From: Massalongia carnosa | Lineage: Eukaryota | Direction: 5' to 3' | NCBI GenBank assembly: GCA_965645245.1 | Contig: OZ287077.1 | Coordinates: 682,001 to 746,000 of the forward strand | Length of the DNA stretch: 64,000 bases | Shown: one piece after another, positions 39,420 through 52,072 of the stretch | Position numbering within the stretch: the first letter of the stretch is position 1 | Layout of the letters: each line of letters starts with the position of its first letter | The notes under the pieces: generated by a model | Database searches by the model: none | What the model was told of the DNA's origin: nothing | What the model saw: only the letters and a program-made list of their open reading frames with translations | Made by a program: the position numbers and the translations under genes

Positions 39420-41032
39420 CGGAGTAGAGAGATTGAGAAATATTCTTGCGTTACGCAGTTCAAATCATACAAGGTATTTTTTCTGCCTAACAGCAACCGC
39501 AGTGAAAGTTCAAGATTTAGGTTATTAACACTGAAAGCAGATCTCGTATAATTGAAGAGAAGTTCTTCACGACGTCAAGCCTTGCAGTTTCGTTGAAAAC
39601 TCCTGCATATCCACGTCTTCACAACCACTCAATGTCACCACATCGGAATTGGCAAACACAAATAGATTACAAACCTTCATCAGGTTCCAGAAATTCTTTC
39701 ATATCATTACCACAGCCTGAGCCACCTCTGATACCACAATCAAGACATACACCATCTCGACGGAAATTTTCTATAGTAGTAGGTATAAAACTCCTCTTAC
39801 TCCATCCTAATCTAGAACTAATCTCAAATGACGAAGAAAGTCCACAACTTCCGCCTCCATCTCCCACTCCAAGCCAACGTCAAGTTCTTGATGCCCTCTT
39901 CCTGGAGCTCCAATATAGCAACGGTACTCAATGGAATCTTTTCACCTCGGCAACCCACTCTCTGCGCAATACACTAACAATAAAGAATGAATTGTCTCTG
40001 TTCTACAGCCACGAAACATCAAGCAATCGAAGTGCTATGAAGAACTCACTGTTCTGGAGGAGTTCCTCGGTAAGCCCGACGAAGATACTCTGAAGAAAGT
40101 CTTGGGCAAGGCATATCTGGATGCCGAAAACAGAGACTCACCAACTTTGGTAGACATTGTCAATTCGTATAATCATATAAACAAGGCTACATGGGAGTCG
40201 CTATATCAAGACTGGCTTTTCAAGGATGATCCTGCAAACATCTTCATGAACCGACTACGACAGCAAAGATCGAACCTTCACCTTTGAATTCGAGAAGCAA
40301 GCAATCCATAACCTTTGAAGACGCCGACTTTTCATATACGACATCTCAGAAGGCAAATGATGAACAAAACAAGATGGATATGTTAGATGGCCTTCCTGGC
40401 TTTAGTTCGGCGGTTAATAACGGGAAATATGGAGAGGCAACATACTTTATTGAAAAAACCGTAGATGCCCAAGATGAAACGCAAGAGGCCATCAATCGTC
40501 TGTCTCTTCTGACTACGTGTACATTGCACGATCGTTTGCTCCTGCGATCTCCTGCACTATCAACCAAGTCTTACGAAGGTTTCATATGCATCGGCACAGA
40601 GTTTTCTGTGTTCGGAATGACTTTTTGCCGCCAATCGGTATATGATACACAAAACAGCTGTTTCAGATATTCCGAGCGACAAAAAATCTCAGGATTCTGG
40701 TGTTCCCATCATGAAGTGTGTGGCGAGCTATGATCTGCATAAAGAGAGCCATGTTAGCGGTGCAAAATTGGATCAATCGAATTCACTACTACGGTATTGA
40801 AAAATATGGACCTGCAGTTGTTGCCGATGGTTTCGATAAAAAAGAGTTCGATCTGCAGGAATGGACGAAAAAGGCTTGTGTTTCCTACTATGGGAAGGAA
40901 CCAATACCATCACCACCAAGGGACCGCCAACTCCTACTCCACCAGGTATCACTCCGTCAAGGATTGGCCTGCATGAGTAAAATAAGACTCTCTCTACTTC
41001 GGAATACCGGTCCTGAAACCAATGGCGCCTGA
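39420..41032 (+). pseudogene. Fragmented gene remnant, possibly a PD-(D/E)XK nuclease-like fungal family
   Basis: Consecutive same-strand ORF pieces in shifting frames (39593, 40102, 40284, 40718) include DADFSY...YFIEK...EAINRL...G...WINRIHYYG. The family assignment is tentative. Confidence 0.4.
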
Positions 41033-41999
41033 CAGAAAGGGGCATATTGGTCGGATTGGACTTGGTAACTAGGTCTCGATTGTGAATAGATCCGAACGAT
41101 GGAGGGGGTTGAACGTATTAGCTAACTGCCTTGTACATATTCCTTCGAACATCACGCTTGGAGCTCGTACTATTAGTAGCAACGAATGACTTCTTACATG
41201 CAGATATTGAAGTCTTTTAACCGTTTTTCCAAAGCAACGTGACTCTACTAATATGCAGATGGGTGATATGGCTGTCATTTACCTTATCTACCTCCTTCAC
41301 CTCTTCTTACACCCCTAATTCTCCGCCTCCTCCTTCTTTTCCGCTCTTCTCAATCCCATGAAGATACGTAAGGAGGGAGGGAAGAAAGTAGGTGATTTGG
41401 AAGGTTAGATGGGAGGTGGATACAAGGAGCTTCAGAACTGAGCGGTGTTGGAATGATGCGAAGTTAGAATGATAACTTGATGTTGCTGGATTCTCGCTAT
41501 CCATACACTCCTGCTTACTGCGCGTAGGTATGCCCCCTCTTAGGGAGCCCTAAAGTACACCAGTTAGGAAATATTTCTGCTATGTAAAACATACTTTAAG
41601 CATCTCTAACCGACTAGAATATCTCCACCTTCAACAATTTTGCCTCGAGAACCCTAGATATCTTCTATCAAGCGGTAGTTTGCTCTATAATTCTATAAAG
41701 GATAGCAAAAATGAAAGTGGAAGGAAGTTGATAACCACAAATGAAATTTTTACGTTTTTTTATTTATAAGATTCCAAAAAATCACATGATCGGTCATTAT
41801 ACATGAAACACTGATGTGAGTGAATTGTCAAATGTATCCCTTACATGTACCTTGCGCTATCGCTCTCAACACGGCAACCGATGATGTTCAAAGCCAAAAA
41901 TTATGTCACTCTTCTCAACTTTCATTATAACCAGTGGACTTAACTTTACCTACAACGATTATTCACGGAATCTCTTCTAATTTTTGCTCATGCGGAATC

Positions 42000-44900
42000 T
42001 CAAAATCTCATTCCATGCCTCACAATAGCGACGTCCGCGTGTTTAGGGCAAAGAAACGTACCCTGGCAAGTTAAGACCGCCATTTGCAACCCGCCGGTAT
42101 TAAGCCAATCCTTCGGCAGGAAGAAATGCCTCTTCACATCATCAACGGCTTCGTCAATTTTCCACGTACACAGCCAATAATCATGATCCAGAAAGACAAT
42201 TTGATCCTGATACGTGCCTACTAGGCGTTTAACTTGTCCTTCAAGATCAGCCATGCAGTCGCTCGTAAGGAATTGAGGATTCTGGATGTGGAGGTCGGAT
42301 GTGGAGAGGAATTCGATATGCAGGCCGTTGGAAAGCCGGGTACTGGTGTGGCCAGTGTTTGGAAGTGTCTCATAGACCAAGTAGCGCTTGTCTCCAGTCA
42401 GGGCAATCCATTGCACGATCTTCCCGTGGGCATCTGTGGGTATGAAGAACTGTGGACGACAAGACGTTAGAACTGGTGTTCCGGGCTTCGACGATACCTT
42501 ATGGACAGTGTCATTGTGCTCGAGCGTCATCCATTTATGTATATGGACCTCCACTGGATCGATCCAAACAAGGAGCTCTGTATTCAAAGGATGCTCTATC
42601 CATCTCCTGCTCTGCCGTGAACCCCACTGCTGAAGGCACAGCTCTTTTTTGGTTTTGAGATCCCATACCCGATCAGTGGATAACGTTGAGATAAGCAGTA
42701 GCCTTTCTTTGCCATCAAAAAGAAACTGCTGCACAGGCTCGTCCAGCCGGAAATCAAAAACTGGAAAGATACCCCATTTATCAACCATCTTCACCTCCAG
42801 CCGCTTTGCCATAATTCGGCCTGAATCATCACCGGAAATCATATATCTCCCAGAATTCGACCAAGCAAGGATAATGACGGAGCTGAACGAAGCGTGACTA
42901 TAAGCTTTGCGGACTTTCCTTCCTTCCGTAGCTTCATGGATTGTGACAGTCCCATCTTCTCTGCCACAACAGTAATACTTATCTTTGGAATCCGATGCCA
43001 AAGCTGTGACTTGGTTTCGGCTACACTCGTCATGCGAAATAATGGCCTCAATTATACTCGAGCTTTCCCCGATGCAACCTTGATCTTCTAAGTCCTGCTC
43101 ATCAGGTCGTACCAAAGCGTCAGGCTCCCATACATTACATTGCGCCCCTCGCGTGTCGTAAAAGCGTTGGCCATCTGGACTGAACTCTAAATCTCGGATG
43201 TAATCATTCTCATTCGTCAACCGGTATATTAGACTAAATCGTGGAAAGGCCCAGATACTCATGGTTCCCATATTGTCACAGGTCAGTAACAAGTCTCCAT
43301 CTTGACTAATTGTCATCCCACGGGCTTTAATATGATCAAATTCAATCTGCTCCTCATCATAGAGATGCCAGTGGACGAGCTTGGTATCTTGACAAACGAC
43401 TAGAATCGAGTTTCCATTCGGCTGCCACACTAACAGTTCCGGGGCGCACAGGGAGTCGGAGCTGCTGGCGATCCTACACTGTAAAGGGCGCTGTGGCTGA
43501 GCTGCGGTAATATCCCATATCAAAGGTGGTTTGCCTCTCCATGCTATCGCAACACTTCTTAGATCAGGACTAAGAGCCATGACCCGTGGGCAGCCCTGAA
43601 GTTCATTGTGCGAATCTCTGGGGGAAAAGCTCCATTTTACTTTTGAGGTTTTGAGATCATAACACGTTACCGAACAGTCATCCAGGCCAATAACTAAATC
43701 TGAGGCACAACTACCGAATGAGATGGCCATAGTGACTGATTGCCCTCTCTTTTGAAGACAGTACAGCTGTTCACCTGAGGATATGTCCCAAATGCGATAG
43801 GTTTGGATCCCAGCAGTTGCCAGCAGTGGTAGAGCTTTATTGAGCTTCATGAGCGAGACATACTCATCATGATGCATTGTTCTCACTAGTTCGCATGTTT
43901 CGCTATACCAAATGGCAATGGTCCCATTGCGTTTGACCAGTGTTACAAAGTAAGCGTTCGTTGCAAGCACTTTAGACAACATTTCATCCTTCTCAACGCT
44001 CACACTCGCAAGGCAGTCGTCCCAGCCATCAGAGGACAGTCCTGCCACCGATATGGTTTTCCCTTTAGCAGAACTGTATGTTCCACCAATCATGGAACCT
44101 CGCGGGCAAAATAGGGGAACAAGCCGATAAACCGAAGATGGACTCTGCACGAGATTGGGGCCGAACTTTCCTACGATGCGAATGAAGTCATTGGCCCATA
44201 TATTAATGCTCTTTGCATAGTCCTCTGGAGGCTCTTTTAGGCTCATAGGGGATTCGCTCGATTTTAGTTTTAGACTCCGAGATCTTCTTTTTGCATAAGA
44301 TTTAAGGTACTGAGCTGATTGGGTTAAGTACCTAAGATTTCTTGATAATGCAATTGCTTCTACCCAAGAGAGACAGAATCTCGTGAAGAAAGTCTCAATT
44401 GTCGTTACGAGGTCGTTCGAGTCTAGAGATGATTTAGAGACGTGATAAGCCCAGTAATATGCTGCATAACCTATGGCTGGATGGTCTTTTTCCGCTAGCA
44501 GTAGACCGTTCAAGTTTGACGTTTTTCGCATCGCTCCCATGGATTTCTCCACAGTGTTGAAAACGCGCCGCCAATGGTCATTTGAGAGATACTTCAAACA
44601 TATCGTTGCAATATGTTCGTGCGCCCACCGGCTGTCGATAAAGGCGGGAACACCATCTCTGTCGTTGAGAAGAAAATACCGGGCAGTCATATGAATCAAG
44701 GAAACCTTAGATTTATCTAAGGATATAAAATGACCGCAGATTTGGAGAATTGTGTCCTCGAGCCTAACGAAGCCCTTGAACTCTGGCTCCAGAACCACTT
44801 TTAGCTCTGCAATGCTCAGAGGTCTCCAGGAACAAGCAGCCCAACTCAATATTCTAGCAGCCAGGAGGCGCAGACGGGGCGACTGAGCTTCAATCATGCC

Positions 44901-47212
44901 AAGCATCCGCTCGTACAAGGATTGCATGCCTTTAGGTACTTCTGTTAACGCATTGCGGATATCATCCTGGGTGTGCCAATTATCTTGTAATGTCTCTATT
45001 GCCAATTTGACCCATAGGAACGAGCCTTCTGCCTTTGCTAGTATCTGATCAGCAATGTCATCTTGAATATCCTCATCATCGGGGAGAGTGCTGCGGATCG
45101 CGCTATGAACATAGGCTCGAATGTCGTTAACGGTATCTTCTTCGGAGAGGAAAAGGATAGGAACAGATAATCCAAAAGACGAGGGAATCTTTAGCGGCCT
45201 ACTCGTTAAGAAGACTTTAATAGGGGTCATTGACTGAGCGTTCAAAAGACGATTAATAAGTGATGATTGTGAGTCCGCCTCGTCTATTGCATCTAAAGAC
45301 CAGAATAAAGTCTCCTGGAATTCCATCTTGAAGATTATACCTTCATAGATCTTTTCCCATATGATATCTAAGTTTTGGTTCTGAGAGGTGAAGAGAATGC
45401 CAGATTCTTCGTGCAAGGTAAATAGTCTCTCTCGAAATTCTTCATTCACATGCGCAAGCTGAGAGGCAATTGATCGAAGGCAATACGCTGCTGTTCGCTT
45501 GGCCTGGTGAGCAGAAGAGAAGAAGTGATACTGACATTGCGCACCAAGAAATCGGAAGCGATCGATAACAACACTTGACAATATTGTCTTGCCAGTAGCA
45601 GGAAGGCCAATGAGCCAGAAGAATTTTAGATTATGGGATGGTTCGGACCATTCAATCCAGTCCAACAAGTCTTTTCTCTTCGTAATCCATACGCCTGTCC
45701 CATCGACAACCTTTTTACGAAGACTACTGAGTTCAACTTCGGCAGACTCACGGATACCCGTAATGACTTCGATTTTCTTACTCAGGTCAAGATCGCTCAT
45801 TGATCTTTTCTCAAGGACAGATCGGCCTAATGAAACATTAGCAACAAGTACCATTAGACATAGGCCCAACAAATAGTCATCGTAACACAAACTGAAAAAG
45901 ATGCTTAATGATTTAGAAGCTTTCACGCTTGTTAAAACTTGGGAACTATATATTGCTTTCGATTCTCTTTGTGCTAGCTGTGCGTTATTGATCAATTACT
46001 TACTTGAACGAGAAATCCTTAATGCCCATAGTTTCAGTACATTCTTTACAGTAATATAGTTTGCATCCTCACGATCTCTAAATTTACAGATGGTGTGATG
46101 ATCCGCATTTAGTGGGCTAGATGTTTCTTGTGGATATCCAAGGATTCCTGAGTCCTTGTCAACAATCTGAGGCGATCAGTGGAATGTCCTTGAAACATCA
46201 CTCTCAACTCTTACAAGCGTCTTGGTTACCCCAAAACTAGTCTTTAGGGTTTCAAAGAAAGATACCAATGCAAGATTACCACATGCGGTCCGAAACTGCT
46301 CGTTGATATCCTGCAGGGCAGTTGAGCGCGTATCAAGGTCTGCAATATAAGCCTTAGGAGGAGCGCCAAGCGGGGCGGCAGAGAGAATATTGTTGAGCAT
46401 CTTCGCATATTGGGCCCCTCGATGTGGTGTGGCAAGGAAAACAATCCCGTGGACTTGAACTATCATGGCCGCGTACTCGGGGTCATACTTTCCAAGGATA
46501 TAGGCCTTTTTTATAACCAAACCTCCCATGGAGTGGCCGACGAAGAAAATTTTCCGACGCCCGATTGGTATGCGGTCGTTCCCATACTCTCCTGACCCCC
46601 CGGAGAAAATTAACATTTGAAGCAGCAGGTCCTTTGCAAAATCAGTGATATTCAGGTTCGTGCCAGCCCCTTTGAAGTTCGAGTTATATCCAAAGGTAAA
46701 CACCCTATGCAGCGACAATTCTTCCTCATCTGCCAGCCAGCTAGGCCAGAAGTGTTCTACTTCACGGTTCCAAGACCAAGTCTTCCTTTCCGTACCACCT
46801 AAACCATGAACAAATATTATATCACCTCTTGGATCCACACTATCGCAGACAAGATGCAGGCCTAGACGATCATGGACCTGACTGCCAGAGCGCGACGCGC
46901 TTTGGCTTCTTATTTCGGAAACTAATGGGGTAGCATTTGAGATAATTCGCCTACGATCTCTGGATCTGAGGCGCAGTGGTAAACGAGGGAACAAAGCGCC
47001 AAGGGGTTCTGAATTGCCTCTGAGTGTACGCTTAGGCCGTCCTGAAGGCAGTTCGCCTTCTATCGATGTCACATCGCCATCGGGTTCACGGTGGTGGAAG
47101 CCAATCTTGCGCAGCTAAAAAGATGAAAAATTTTAGTATTTTTATGAAGCTTGCGCGTTGGTTGTCGAATTTATAAGATTAAAAACGAGGTGCTAGAGAA
47201 AGGACTGACCAT
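42000..47212 (-). CDS. Fungal NLR-like protein: SesB-like alpha/beta-hydrolase, NACHT and WD40 beta-propellers; the first exon appears to be ATG only
   Basis: Hydrolase motifs IIFVHGLGG, FVGHSMGG, FLATPHRG and NADHHTICKF. Walker A GLPATGKT and Walker B WSLDAIDE. Divergent WD40s. ATG|GTCAGT at 47212-47210 splices in frame at 47114. Confidence 0.9.
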
Positions 47213-47681
47213 CGTACTCCACGTGGACTCAGGCGCTTATGTATAGTGTTCTTAGTTATGAAATTGCCTGAGCTCATCTTTGGCTACGCAAGCAAACGCT
47301 CGAAAATATTTTCTAGAGACGTTATTTTAACGATTCAGCCAGGCATGACGTCTTTTCATGATGCACAGATATTTGCTGGGAACGTTACTCTAACGATTCA
47401 GCCAGGCTTGATTCAATACGCATTTACATGATACCCCTGAACGGGCGCATGGAAGTTCCGTGTATAATGTACCCCGCGAGCAGCAGTTTCGCTGTCCTTT
47501 GGCGTTTACTTATCATATATGCATATAAATAGCTTTCATCCCAGCCTTGGAAAAGCTTAGCTTCGTTTACGAATCTTGCCTTGATTTCTGGGGGGTGGAA
47601 TACACTCAATCTACCAAATTGAGTACTTCGTTGATTTCTCAAGTTACGTACACCACGGAACAGGAGGGCAATATATTTGGC

Positions 47682-49180
47682 TATGGCTTTTGCTTCAAAG
47701 ATTGATCCTACCTCTGAGATTGCTATCTGTGAAACCCAAAGAAAGATTGAGCAGACTCCCTCGGAACCAATTGCTCCTCCTCAGGCCACTGGAACTTACG
47801 TTATGGATAAAAGCGTTGTAGCTGGTATGTCAATGAAAACGCTCAAGCTACCTGCCCATACTTATCCGAACCTCGTGGTTAGCGTTACCTATACCCGGGA
47901 CAAAAATTCTCAATGCTCTCAATTATGGGGAGTCATTGTGGGGAAAGATTGCTAAACTCATTGTGAGATTACCGACTGGGGAGATGGAAAAGTATTTCCT
48001 AAAAGTCTTTCGACTCCCATGATTCTATAAAAGGTGCTGATCCAGTGTCTGGAGGTGGTCACCCTTCATGAAACTGGAAGACATATGTGCGAAGGAGAAT
48101 TTGAATCGCTCAAGGCTATCTATACTGTTTCTCCCGGCTTCGTCCCTAAACCTTATGCATGGGGAAAACTCAGCCAGGTTGAGGATGAGACCTATTTTCT
48201 CCTTGCCGAGTTCCGAGATGTTGGCGAACAGGTACGTCAGACTAACTAGCAGCCTGGCATGAATGAACGGAATTTATTCATGTTTGACCAACCCTATCTT
48301 AGAAGCTATGCTCGTTAGTATCCCTTTTCAAATATGATCGGTGTGGAGAAAGCTCAAGGAGTGAACTCACAGATTACATGTTGGAAAGAGAGATAAAGTC
48401 TTGTACTCTATTGGATTCATCAGATCGAAAACTTAGTCTATGCTTCATAATCTCATTGACTCCACACCTCCTTTCTATTTTATTCCATTTTACGTATACG
48501 TCCTGCACTCTCCTCCCCTTGGCGCGCAAACTGAAATTACACAGCCTGCAGAACCTGTCATACTTGCGGCCCATCTGGCGGACTTGCACAACCATCTATA
48601 TCTCCTACAGGGAAATTCGGATTTCACATAGCTACTTGCCATGCTAAGATTGCTCAAGCTGTAGATTCTTGGGAAGAATCTTGGTGTACTCTATATTCTA
48701 AGCATATTGGACACTGGCAAAGCCAATCCTGCATTGGCCTGAGTTTGATATTGTGTGCCAGCTTACTTTGGACAAAGTTGTCCCACGACTTCTTCTACCT
48801 TTGCAGTCTGAGGGAAGAATTCTTAAACCATGCCTTGTACACGGCGATTGCTGGGACGGCAACACGGCAATGGACATGAGAACTGGAGAGGCATTTATAT
48901 TCGACGTGTGTTCGTTCTACGGGCACAACGAGTATGATACTGGTAATTGGCGGGCCCCAAGGCACCGGCCAAGCAACAAGGCCTACATTCGGAATTACAA
49001 GTGAAACTACCCGGTATCTGAACCAGGTAAGACAAAACTTACGAAACTAAGTTGTGCTACAGCTGATTCCAGCCATGTGTGCCAAAGGAGGATTGGGATG
49101 CTCGCAATTTTCTCTATTCGTTGACTTTTAAGATTGGAAATACCATTTATATTCCTGGCTCGAGTCAACGGCAATTGTAA
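47682..49180 (+). pseudogene. Fructosamine/ribulosamine-3-kinase family pseudogene
   Basis: Motifs KYFLK, GEFESL, FVPKPYAWG, SPTGKFGFH, LVHGDCWDGN and YGHNEYDTGNWR. Frameshifts near 47950, 48595 and 48715, and an in-frame TGA at 49002. Confidence 0.8.
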
Positions 49181-49698
49181 GCAACAAGCCCCCGGTCTTG
49201 ATTTATCAATCGTTAAGATCAGTTAAACTCAAGGGTATACGACGATATGACAACCCTATGTAAGATGTTCTGCCCTGAGGAGTTGGAACGAGAGCTACGG
49301 AGCCTCGAGAGCACAAAATCCGCACAAGACGACGATGAGCAGGCAGTGGCTGGGGCTGAGGAAAAGGAGGAGTAAGCGGAGGAGGAGGAGGAAGAGGAAG
49401 TGGAACAAGAAAAATAGTAGGCAACGATATTACAAGTTCAAGCGAAACGTTGATGGGAAGTGATTTAGTAAACAGATAAGTGGAAAACAGACGCGTATAA
49501 CGGCTGTTTAACGCTTCAAAGTCATATAACGATCTTATGACTACTTGAGATAGTCGAAAAACTTCATCTATATACTTTCATTTAAACAATCAGTCCTAGC
49601 GTTGAACTTCATTCTAATCTGTATAATGACATCATGGCTATCAAACTTGCATAGTCCATTAGCCATGCTTCCTATTGCTGTTCCACTGCCATCTCAAC

Positions 49699-50701
49699 AT
49701 GTCCTCTCGCCCCCCCTCCTTGCCCCCCGTACGCGCCTGCATCTTCGATGTCGACGGCCTCCTCATCAACTCCGAAGACATCTACACGGAAGCCTACAAT
49801 ACCATTCTCCGTCGCTACGGCAAATCAGACCTCCCATGGCATATTAAAGCCCAGCTTCAAAGCGGAGGCAGTCGCGTGCGCCAGTCTCCTCTTTCTCCCC
49901 CCCCCCCCGCTCCCTATTTTGCAAAATTTCAAAAGATATGGAAAGAGAAAGCTTAATCGCAGCAACTAAATCCATTAGGGCAATCTTCTCCTTATCTCCT
50001 GGGCCCAATTGCCTCTCTCCCTCGCCGATTTCAAGGCCCAAGTCGCCGCTCAGCACGATCTTTTCCGCGCCTCCCAACCCCTCCCCGGCGTCTCCGACCT
50101 CCTCCGCACCCTCTCCATCCGCACCGCCCCTCGAATCCATCTTGCCCTTGCCAGCTCCTCCTCCGCGTCTTTCTTTGACATCAAGACTTCCCACCTCCCC
50201 GTCATCACCACTCACATTCTGCCCTCCCTCCGTGTTTTCGGAGACGATCCGGATTTATCCGCAGGGTGCGGAAAACCGGCTCCGGATATCTTCTTGTTGG
50301 CGTTGAGGCGGGTAAATGAGGTCGTTCCGCGAGGAGAGGAGGTACGCGCGGAGGAGTGTTTGGTGTTTGAGGACTCAGTGGCGGGTGTGACGGCGGCGCG
50401 GAGAGCAGGGATGCGCGCGGTCTGGGTGCCGCATCCGGGCCTGCGGGCCGTGCGGCAGGGGCGCGAGGAGGAGGTGTTGATGGGACAGATGAAGGATGCT
50501 GAAGAAGGAAGTAAAGAAGCGGAAGGGGGGACGAGCGATCCGGATGAAGAATCGCGGATGTCGAGCGATGGGTGGGCGGAAATGAGGAGCTCGTTGGAAG
50601 GGTTTCCCTACGAGCGGTATGGGATTCGGCTAGAGGATTTGGGAGAGGGTAGGTGGTCGAATTTTTCTTCCCAATTTTTCTCTGGTACAATACATGGATA
50701 A
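49699..50701 (+). CDS. HAD-superfamily phosphatase (HDHD1/pseudouridine-5'-phosphatase-like), intron about 49876-49978
   Basis: Motif I RACIFDVDGLLINSEDIY, then ALASSS, GKPAPDIFLLAL and ECLVFEDSVAGVTAARRAGM. Confidence 0.88.
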
Positions 50702-51884
50702 GAGTAGGACCCTGCTATCGCTACACCACTTTCTTATGTTACTACCACCCCTGATTGATTCTGCCAGACTCTCGTTAAACCCCCTCTCACCCCCGAGGAA
50801 GGAGGCCTGAAACTTTAATTTCTCACCAATCAACAATTTACACCACTTTCGTCTTCCTCAAATCCTTCATCCTTCGTTCTAGCTGGACTTTAAATTTTCT
50901 ATTCGGCGAAATCTCTCAAGGTTTGGTTGACCACAGGACGCGAACATAGTAAGGAAGAGAGGTCAAGTGGCGATAGAGCAGGACGCGAAGGACGTAAAAG
51001 AAACGAGGAAGATAAAAGGAGCGATAAGAGCGAGGAGGGATGAGGACGAGGTGAACAAGGCGATGAAGGGGAAGCTGAACGAAAGAAGCCCCATCACGAA
51101 ATTTCTTAAAACGACATATCAAAGAAAACAAATATTACTTTCTTTAAACCATACCCTTTCCTTCCCCCCTTCGTTCTCCGCTGAATTTCAAATCCTAATT
51201 TCCCCTTAACCGTTTTTGAACCGAAAAGCTTCTATGAATGTGTGTCGTGTATCGACAACAGTTCCGGATCACGATGACTGAAAATCGGGCAGAGAAACAA
51301 GTCCTCCGTTATTTGTTTTTTTTTTGTTTTTTTGGTCCGGCTGTATATGTGCGTTATGTTGCCATCTATCTATCTACTTGTTTTTTTGTCGATGAGATTC
51401 TGGGCCTCTCCCTTTGGGGAAAAGGGGGAGGAGGGCGGCGAGATAACGAGGATGGAAGAACCCGAACGGTAGTGGTAAGGTTACCGTCCGGGACTGCAAC
51501 GGTGTACTATGATATAAAATGTACTGGAAATGGTCAATATCCCCCCCAATCCCTTCCCCTAAAATAAAAAAAAACAAAACAAAACAAATGAATAAGAGCC
51601 CAGGACAGCGGTAGAGGGGATAGATAGCCAGATATATGTATAGAAGAACGAAAAGGGAGAACCAGAAGGATAAGGGGGAAGCATACTTACATACATACAG
51701 TAAGGGTAGGTATTTTATGTAAGTCGGGCCCCCATTTGCGGGATGAACGCTCGTTTTTTCTTCTTCGTCTTTTTCTCTCGCTTGGCTTTTCTCTGTTAGT
51801 GGCATCTTCATTATAATCATCTCCATAATCATTCTCGTCATCATTGTTATCAGCAGTGAGTATCAGCAGTACAAAATCCGCGAA

Positions 51885-51926
51885 GTCGGGAGTCGGAGTC
51901 GGAGTCGGAGTCGGAGCCGGAGTCGG
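51885..51926. repeat. (GTCGGA)n hexanucleotide microsatellite
   Basis: About 7 imperfect tandem copies are visible. Confidence 0.8.
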
Positions 51927-52072
51927 GGTTTCCCCCATGCACTTACCCCAGGAAATTCACCAAGAAATTTGCCCGTAGAGAGTGCGATGGAGTATTTGGT
52001 TTTCTTTTCTTTTCTTTCGAGAATTATTTACAACTTCTAGTACCGTTTGCTCGACCGTACCCGGTCCAGGGC

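Noticed and set aside
13300..49200. Starship giant transposon carrying the NLRs
   Set aside because: I recognised no DUF3435 tyrosine-recombinase captain or typical auxiliary genes, and core genes such as MED27 lie between the accessory patches.
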